Below are positions 7,110 through 12,928 of a stretch of DNA of 12,928 nt, one piece after another. Source of the stretch: Ruminococcus sp. (GTDB taxonomy: Bacteria > Bacillota > Clostridia > Oscillospirales > Ruminococcaceae); the NCBI GenBank assembly GCA_031262225.1, contig JAISIC010000046.1:1-12928 (forward strand), given 5' to 3'. A model generated the notes under the pieces. The model was not told the origin of the DNA, did not search any database, and was given only the letters and a program-made list of their open reading frames with translations. Each line of letters starts with the position of its first letter. Position 1 is the stretch's first letter. The position numbers and the translations under genes are program-made.

Positions 7110-8462
7110 ATGGATGAGAACAGTAAAACAAGAGAAATAGAATCAATCTTAAGCGAGATTGAAAATAACGCCGAAAGTACCGATATCGATACCGATACCG
7201 GTGTCGAAATATCAGAAGATACAGAAGATGCAGAGGTCTCCAAGACGCCTTTGCCTTTGAATACTGAAAAAAAGGCGCTTTACGATGCACTCCTCAAAAG
7301 CATGGATGAGATTGAGACGCCGGATGAAGAGACTTCCGAAATCCATGATGAAACCGATGAAGAGGAAACTCTTGAAACGGAAAAAAGAAAACGCAGACGC
7401 AAGAAAAGAAGCGTCGGGCATTTGATTTTTTCCATTGCAATGACAGCTGTCATTGTGTCTGCCGCGTTTTTGTGTGCCGGTTTCGCGATAAATACCGCCC
7501 AAGAGATAATGGGAATCGGCAGACCCGAAACGAATATCATCATTGAAGTGCCGGAAACCGCGTCTGTGGCACGGATTGCAGATATGTTTATGGACGAAGG
7601 GATTATCAGCGATCGCGACCTGTTCATGTTTTTTGCCGGAGTTAGGGGGCTTGAAACGGTTATTGCAGGTCCGCATGAATTTTCGGCGAATATGACATAC
7701 GGCGAGCTTGCAGATGAGCTTCAAGCCGCTGCTATACAAGAAGAACGCGAAGCCGTGGATATAACCTTCCCGGAGGGGATAACGCTCATAGAAGCGGGAG
7801 AGATATTAGAAGCGGCAGATATCTGTGACGCTGACACCTTCGTGACTGCCTTTAACAGTGAGTCTTTCGGCTTTGATTTTGAAAGTCAAGTCCTTTCAAG
7901 CTCAAAGAAATTTTATAAGATGGAAGGGTACTGCTTCCCCGACACCTACAGGCTTTACAGCGATGAGGATGTCGAATCGATTGTAAAGAAAATCTATCGA
8001 AACTTCAATAATAAAATCACCCCTGATTATTACCAACGTATGGAAGACATGGAGTTGACCCTTGACGAGCTTATCACCTTCGCTTCAATAGTTCAAGCCG
8101 AGGCGGGGCACGTTTCCGACATGAAGGATGTTGCTTCCGTGTTCTGGAACAGACTTAACGACGCCGAAGAGTTCCCGCGCCTGCAGTCCGACCCGACCTC
8201 AAACTATGTTATTGACGTGATTATGCCGAATATTGAGGTGCAGTCAGATGAAATGTTTGATGCCTATAACACCTATGAGGGTGCGGGTCTCCCTCCCGGA
8301 CCCATCTGCAACCCCGGTATAGAGGCGATTTCAGCAGTTTTATATCCGTCCGAAACGGACTATTATTACTTCTGTTCAAATCTTGAGACACGCGAATTCT
8401 ATTATGCAAAGACGCTTAGTGAGCACGAAGAGAACTTAGTTCTTGCAGGATTGGTTGATTAA
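7110..8462 (+). CDS. mltG: Endolytic murein transglycosylase MltG (YceG family) with a long acidic N-terminal cytoplasmic extension
   Basis: 450 aa. There is a single TM helix (about residues 105-127), then a YceG-like domain with the signature EGYCFPDTY, the catalytic-Glu region SIVQAEAG, and LQSDPT...YNTYEGAGLPPGPICNPG. Residues 1-104 are a D/E/T/S-rich low-complexity tail that ends in KRKRRRKKR. Confidence 0.9.
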   Translation: MDENSKTREIESILSEIENNAESTDIDTDTGVEISEDTEDAEVSKTPLPLNTEKKALYDALLKSMDEIETPDEETSEIHDETDEEETLETEKRKRRRKKRSVGHLIFSIAMTAVIVSAAFLCAGFAINTAQEIMGIGRPETNIIIEVPETASVARIADMFMDEGIISDRDLFMFFAGVRGLETVIAGPHEFSANMTYGELADELQAAAIQEEREAVDITFPEGITLIEAGEILEAADICDADTFVTAFNSESFGFDFESQVLSSSKKFYKMEGYCFPDTYRLYSDEDVESIVKKIYRNFNNKITPDYYQRMEDMELTLDELITFASIVQAEAGHVSDMKDVASVFWNRLNDAEEFPRLQSDPTSNYVIDVIMPNIEVQSDEMFDAYNTYEGAGLPPGPICNPGIEAISAVLYPSETDYYYFCSNLETREFYYAKTLSEHEENLVLAGLVD

Positions 8463-9748
8463 TGATTTCAAAAAGGATAGAAATTTTGTCCCCTGCCGGA
8501 GATTCAGAGCGGCTTCACTTTGCGATACTTTACGGTGCAGATGCTGTGTATGTCGGCACTTCGCAGTTTTCGATGCGAGCCGCTCCGCCGAATTTTGACC
8601 GCGAAACGCTTAAGAAAGATGTTATATTCGCGCATAAAAACGGCGTGAAGGTTTATTTGACCTGCAATACCCTGCCGCGAAGCGACGAAATAGAATCATT
8701 CACAGAATATTTACATTTTGCAGACGAAATCGGGATTGATGCCTTGATAATTTCCGATTTGGGGTTACTTTCTATGGCAAGGAAAGAGCTTCCGAAGATG
8801 GAAATACATATGTCAACACAGACGGGAATTGTCAACTACCAAACCGCCAACGCCCTCTATGACATGGGTGTCAAGCGTGTTGTGCTTGCCAGAGAGCTCT
8901 CGCTTGAAGAAATAAAGGTGATTCGTGCCAAAACACCGCCCGATCTTGAACTTGAGTGTTTTGTTCACGGGAGTATGTGCGTGTCCTTTTCGGGAAGATG
9001 CCTTCTGTCCGAGTATTTGACAGGGCGGGATGCCAATCGCGGACTTTGTGCGCAAGCCTGCCGCTGGAAGTATAAGCTTCATGATGAGAGCTTCACACTT
9101 GAAGAGGAGACACGCCCGGGGGTTCATTTCCCGATTGAAGAGGACAACAACGGGACTTATATTCTCAATGCTTCCGACCTGAATATGATTGAATACCTTG
9201 ACGAACTTGCAGAAGCAGGTGTGACATCCTTTAAGATAGAGGGACGTGCAAAGTCTGTATACTATGTGTCAATTGTGACAAATGCATATAAAAGCGGAAT
9301 TAATTTGTTGGAAACGTCAAATTATTTCCGGAAATCAAAAGAAATACAAGTTTTAAAAGAGGAATTAGACAAAGTCAGCCATCGACCATACGGCAACGGC
9401 TTCTTTATCGGCACACCTAAGCAACACTTCACCGACAGCGGTTATATACGTGACTATGACATCGCTGCTGTTGTAATAAAAAATGAAAACGGCAGGATTT
9501 ATTGCGAACAACGTAATAAAATTTTGCCCGAAACCGATATTGAAATTGTGATACCATATACAAAAAATTATACAGATAGTATATTTATCTCGACACATAT
9601 CGGGAAAATCTACGATAGTAATGACAGTGTAACCGACGATACCCGACACGCAAAAATGCTGTTCAGCTTTGACTATGAAGGGATGGATATACCTGAAGGT
9701 TCTATCATAAGAGTAAAAGAGCTCAAGAAAAATATACAGACAGTATAG
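8462..9748 (+). CDS. Peptidase U32 family protein (collagenase-like/PrtC fold), probably an Fe-S RNA-hydroxylase-type member (YrrO/TrhP/RlhA-like)
   Basis: 428 aa. It has the N-terminal U32 hallmark EILSPAGD...GADAVYVG...KVYLTCNT and the conserved four-Cys cluster CFVHGSMCVSFSGRC...CAQACRWKY. The start overlaps the mltG stop (TAATG at 8460-8464). Confidence 0.85.
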   Translation: MISKRIEILSPAGDSERLHFAILYGADAVYVGTSQFSMRAAPPNFDRETLKKDVIFAHKNGVKVYLTCNTLPRSDEIESFTEYLHFADEIGIDALIISDLGLLSMARKELPKMEIHMSTQTGIVNYQTANALYDMGVKRVVLARELSLEEIKVIRAKTPPDLELECFVHGSMCVSFSGRCLLSEYLTGRDANRGLCAQACRWKYKLHDESFTLEEETRPGVHFPIEEDNNGTYILNASDLNMIEYLDELAEAGVTSFKIEGRAKSVYYVSIVTNAYKSGINLLETSNYFRKSKEIQVLKEELDKVSHRPYGNGFFIGTPKQHFTDSGYIRDYDIAAVVIKNENGRIYCEQRNKILPETDIEIVIPYTKNYTDSIFISTHIGKIYDSNDSVTDDTRHAKMLFSFDYEGMDIPEGSIIRVKELKKNIQTV

Positions 9749-9807
9749 TAGTTCTAATATCACAGTTTCTTTCGTATATATAATGTTAAAAACAAAGATA
9801 GCATTAT

Positions 9808-10398
9808 ATGATAAAACTTAAGTTCAAAGACACCGACATAATATTTAGATTCACTTTTTTTGCCGTTGCGGCGATTTTTCTGCTTTTTCGCGACAACGAG
9901 ATTGCTTTGATGGGCATCGCTGCAAGTCTTATACACGAATTTGGGCATATTTTTGCAATGAAAATTTTCGGCGTCAGACTTAGGGCAGTTGAGTTTTATC
10001 TTTTGGGGATAAAGATAAATAAAAGCGGGACGAAAATTCTGCCTATTGCCAAAGAGTTTTTAATTTTAATAGCGGGAATACTGCTAAATATTATTATATC
10101 TGTAATATCGCTTGTTTCAGAAAAACATATTTTCCAAACCTTCGGTATGGTGAATGCCGCGATAGGACTTTTCAATCTCTTTCCCATTGGAGTTTTCGAC
10201 GGAGGACAGATTAAGGAGCTTTTGATTGACAGATTTTCGGAGAATGCAGAACATCAAACAGTAATAAAAACATCGTTTAAAATAGCTACTTTCGTATTAA
10301 TTGCGGGGATATGTATATATTTATTAATTAACAAGAATATTACAGCTGCGATAACACTCTCACTTTTCGCATTATTCGATATTTTCGATGAAAGATAG
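9808..10398 (+). CDS. Minimal M50-family (site-2-protease-like) zinc metalloprotease
   Basis: 196 aa and polytopic. HEFGH sits inside a TM helix, and the second S2P motif NLFPIGVFDGG supplies the third Zn ligand Asp. There is no C-terminal CBS or PDZ domain. The RBS is weak, and there is a possible internal promoter (TATAAT at 9779-9784) upstream. Confidence 0.8.
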   Translation: MIKLKFKDTDIIFRFTFFAVAAIFLLFRDNEIALMGIAASLIHEFGHIFAMKIFGVRLRAVEFYLLGIKINKSGTKILPIAKEFLILIAGILLNIIISVISLVSEKHIFQTFGMVNAAIGLFNLFPIGVFDGGQIKELLIDRFSENAEHQTVIKTSFKIATFVLIAGICIYLLINKNITAAITLSLFALFDIFDER

Positions 10399-10401
10399 AT
10401 T

Positions 10402-12258
10402 ATGAATTTCAATGAATTAAAAAAGCATATTCTCGCTGTGAAATCTCCCGGGAAGTATCTCGGCGGTGAGTATGGGAGTATAATTAAAGATAAAAAAAAT
10501 GTCGATGTTCGGTTTGCTTTTTGCTTTCCCGACACCTATGAGATCGGAATGTCGCACCTTGGTCTTCGGATTCTTTACGGTCTTATAAATGAGCGTGAAA
10601 ACTATTGGTGTGAACGTGCTTTTGCCCCTTCGGACGATTTTGAAGCTTTGATGCGTCGCGAGAAGATAAAGCTTTACGGGCTTGAAAGCTATGACGATAT
10701 CGATACCTTCGACTTCATCGGGTTCACGCTTCAATATGAGCTGAGTTTCACCAATATTTTGAATATGCTTGATCTTGCAGGGATCGAACTTTTGGCTGAA
10801 AACCGGGGTGAAGATGCACCGATTGTCATTGCGGGTGGTCCGTGCTGCTGCAATCCCGAGCCGCTCTTTGACTTTTTTGATCTGTTTGTGCTTGGTGACG
10901 GCGAAGAAGTTACTATTGAGATTTTAGAGCTATACGAGAAGATAAAAAAATCAGGTGAAAAGAACTATCGCAGTATCTTCATAGACCAAGTCGGTAGTAT
11001 CGAAGGCGTATATAATCGCAAAGAATATGTTGGATATGACGGGAAAAGCAGAAATAATATAGTAAATAACGCTAAATTATTTCCGAAAAAGCGAGTGATT
11101 AGTGATCTTAACAATTGTTACTACCCAAAAGAAACGATAGTACCTTTCACCGAAATTGTTCATGACAGGGCAGTTGAGGAGGTGTTAAGGGGTTGTATCC
11201 GCGGTTGCAGATTTTGTCAGGCGGGCTTTATCTATCGTCCATACAGAGAGAAAAACATTGATACCATAAGGACACAAACGAAGTCACTGTGTGATTTCAC
11301 CGGCTATGACACGGTTTCGCTGTCGTCGCTTTCTACTGCCGACTACTTTGAAATTGAAAGTTTACTTAAAGCACTTAACGAATATACCGAAAAGAATAAT
11401 ATCGGGATGTCGCTGCCCTCTCTTCGCATGGACAGCTTTTCCGATGAGCTCATTGAGCAACTTATGAAGGTTCGGAAAAGCTCTTTGACATTTGCTCCCG
11501 AAGCCGGATCTCAAAGGCTTAGAGATGTGATCAACAAAAACATAACCGAAGATGAAATTTTGAAAGCTTGCTCCATTGCGTTTACATATGGTATAAACTC
11601 AGTAAAACTCTACTTCATGTTAGGACTGCCGACAGAGACTGACGAAGATATTATTGCAATTGCGGAGCTTGCCGAAAAGATAGTAAAGCTGTATAATGAA
11701 ATATCAAGAAATAACAATAATGGTAAATCCAAACCTCTTAACATAAGCATAAGCGCATCGACTTTTATACCAAAGCCTTTCACTCCGTTTCAGTTTGTTC
11801 CTCAAGCGACAGAATCCGAAATATTACACAAACAAAGTGTATTGAAAGCTTCAATACGCTCAAAAAGAAGAATAGACGTGAGTTACAACGATTTCAGGAC
11901 AAGCTTTTTAGAAGCCGTTTTCGCAAGAGGCGACAGAAATCTATCAAAAGTATTGATGGCGGCATGGAAAAAAGGATGCAAATTCGACGGTTGGGACGAT
12001 CATTTTAAATGGAAAATGTGGATGGAAGCTTTTGAAGAAAACGAAATCTCACCTGCTTCATACGCACAAAAGTCATACAATGAAAACGATTTCATGCCTT
12101 GGGATCATATTGATTATATGATAGATAAGAAATTCTTATGGGAAGAGTGGAACAAAGCGCAAACCGGACTGACAACGCAAAGTTGCAGAGAGAAATGTTC
12201 GCAATGCGGCATATCGAAAACAATAGGTAAGTGTCCTGCAAATTGCGGTCGTAATTAA
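10402..12258 (+). CDS. Radical SAM protein of the uncharacterised family I recall as TIGR03960, with an N-terminal B12-binding-like domain and a C-terminal Cys-rich tail
   Basis: 618 aa. The N-terminus KYLGGEYGS...VRFAFCFPDTYEIGMSHLGLRILY is characteristic of this family. The radical SAM motif CIRGCRFCQAGF (CxxxCxxC) is present. The C-terminus is QSCREKCSQCGISKTIGKCPANCGRN. The start is 4 nt after the M50 stop. Confidence 0.85.
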   Translation: MNFNELKKHILAVKSPGKYLGGEYGSIIKDKKNVDVRFAFCFPDTYEIGMSHLGLRILYGLINERENYWCERAFAPSDDFEALMRREKIKLYGLESYDDIDTFDFIGFTLQYELSFTNILNMLDLAGIELLAENRGEDAPIVIAGGPCCCNPEPLFDFFDLFVLGDGEEVTIEILELYEKIKKSGEKNYRSIFIDQVGSIEGVYNRKEYVGYDGKSRNNIVNNAKLFPKKRVISDLNNCYYPKETIVPFTEIVHDRAVEEVLRGCIRGCRFCQAGFIYRPYREKNIDTIRTQTKSLCDFTGYDTVSLSSLSTADYFEIESLLKALNEYTEKNNIGMSLPSLRMDSFSDELIEQLMKVRKSSLTFAPEAGSQRLRDVINKNITEDEILKACSIAFTYGINSVKLYFMLGLPTETDEDIIAIAELAEKIVKLYNEISRNNNNGKSKPLNISISASTFIPKPFTPFQFVPQATESEILHKQSVLKASIRSKRRIDVSYNDFRTSFLEAVFARGDRNLSKVLMAAWKKGCKFDGWDDHFKWKMWMEAFEENEISPASYAQKSYNENDFMPWDHIDYMIDKKFLWEEWNKAQTGLTTQSCREKCSQCGISKTIGKCPANCGRN

Positions 12259-12902
12259 TGGTAGAAATAATGGCAGAAAAATTTAGTTATTATTTAACAT
12301 TCGAGAAGAAAGATATTGCCGTATATACCTCACATCTTGATGTAGTGAGGGTGTTTTCTCGTGCTTTCGCGCGAAGCAAACTTCCGATCTGCTTTACAGA
12401 AGGCTTTACCAAACGACCGTATTTGATTTTCCCTTACCCGTTGCCCCTTGGAACAGCAGGCGAAAATGAAATTTTAGAGTTTAAAACGCACAATGAAATA
12501 TATAATGAAAACGATTTCATGAGCTCTATAAATAATTACTTGCCTTCCGGATTTAAGGTTAGCGCTGTTTTTTCTAATAGCATTCCAAGATTTATTTTTG
12601 CTGAATATGAAATATTATACTGTGACCACCTTGATACGCGGGTCGTTAAAAGTTTTATTGACAGGGACCGGATTGAAGCAAAAAAGTTTTCTAAGAAAAA
12701 AGGAACGGTTGTTGTTGATTTGAAAGCGTTCATAAAGGATATTGAAATACGAGATAATGGTGATATTAGGTTAATTCTACCTGTCGGAGAAAATAACAAT
12801 ATCAATGTAAACGTTTTCATCAATGCTCTTTCCGAATATACAAATCTAAAACCGGAATTATTTTGTGCAAAGCGCTTAAAATTCATCAACTCTGCACCAT
12901 GA
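12258..12902 (+). CDS. DUF2344 / radical-SAM-linked protein (I recall it as TIGR03936), partner of the upstream radical SAM protein
   Basis: 214 aa. It has the family motif pattern SHLDVVRVFSRAFARSKLPICFTEGFTKRPYLIFPYPLPLGTAGENE. The start overlaps the rSAM stop (TAATG at 12256-12260). An alternative ATG at 12270 (MAEKF) is equally plausible. Confidence 0.8.
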   Translation: MVEIMAEKFSYYLTFEKKDIAVYTSHLDVVRVFSRAFARSKLPICFTEGFTKRPYLIFPYPLPLGTAGENEILEFKTHNEIYNENDFMSSINNYLPSGFKVSAVFSNSIPRFIFAEYEILYCDHLDTRVVKSFIDRDRIEAKKFSKKKGTVVVDLKAFIKDIEIRDNGDIRLILPVGENNNINVNVFINALSEYTNLKPELFCAKRLKFINSAP

Positions 12903-12928
12903 AATTATCTAAATAGTCAAAATTTCTG

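Noticed and set aside
7033-7290. Minus-strand ORF encoding an RYRYRYRY repeat peptide
   Set aside because: This is an artefact of the gataccgatacc hexamer repeat that encodes DIDTDTG in the MltG N-terminal tail on the plus strand, not an independent gene.
1-12928. Search for mobile elements, CRISPR arrays, tRNA/rRNA genes and defence-island signatures
   Set aside because: There are no direct-repeat arrays, no integrase, transposase or recombinase-like ORFs, no tRNA-like cloverleaf-sized GC-rich islands, and no GC or codon-usage discontinuity. The window looks like core chromosome, so I report no such features.

Overview
This 12.9-kb window reads as a low-GC Firmicutes (probably Clostridia-like) chromosomal housekeeping segment. 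The evidence is GGAGG-type ribosome-binding sites, AT-rich intergenic regions and gene order. It is densely coding, with 13 CDS in five strand blocks. On the + strand there is a partial cupin-domain protein followed by an AMP-forming acyl-CoA synthetase. On the - strand is a DUF975 membrane protein. On the + strand is a membrane-anchored M23 (LytM) peptidase. On the - strand is an NfeD-flotillin (SPFH) operon. A long + strand operon then runs DJ-1/PfpI, 5-formyltetrahydrofolate cyclo-ligase, MltG, a U32-family Fe-S protein, a minimal M50 metalloprotease, a TIGR03960-type radical SAM protein and a DUF2344/TIGR03936 partner. Three of the junctions in that operon are overlapping TAATG stop/start codons. 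Two convergent gene pairs share clean bidirectional rho-independent terminators. Two minus-strand promoters match the sigma-A consensus perfectly (TTGACA-17-TATAAT). I found no tRNA/rRNA, CRISPR, integrase/transposase or obvious mobile element, and nothing resembling a defence island. The most interesting content is the uncharacterised split radical-SAM/DUF2344 pair next to a truncated SpoIVFB-position M50 protease. Next is the U32 protein, which is probably an RNA hydroxylase rather than a protease. Last are two unusual acidic low-complexity insertions, in NfeD and at the MltG N-terminus. All calls are made by eye from motifs, with no database search.
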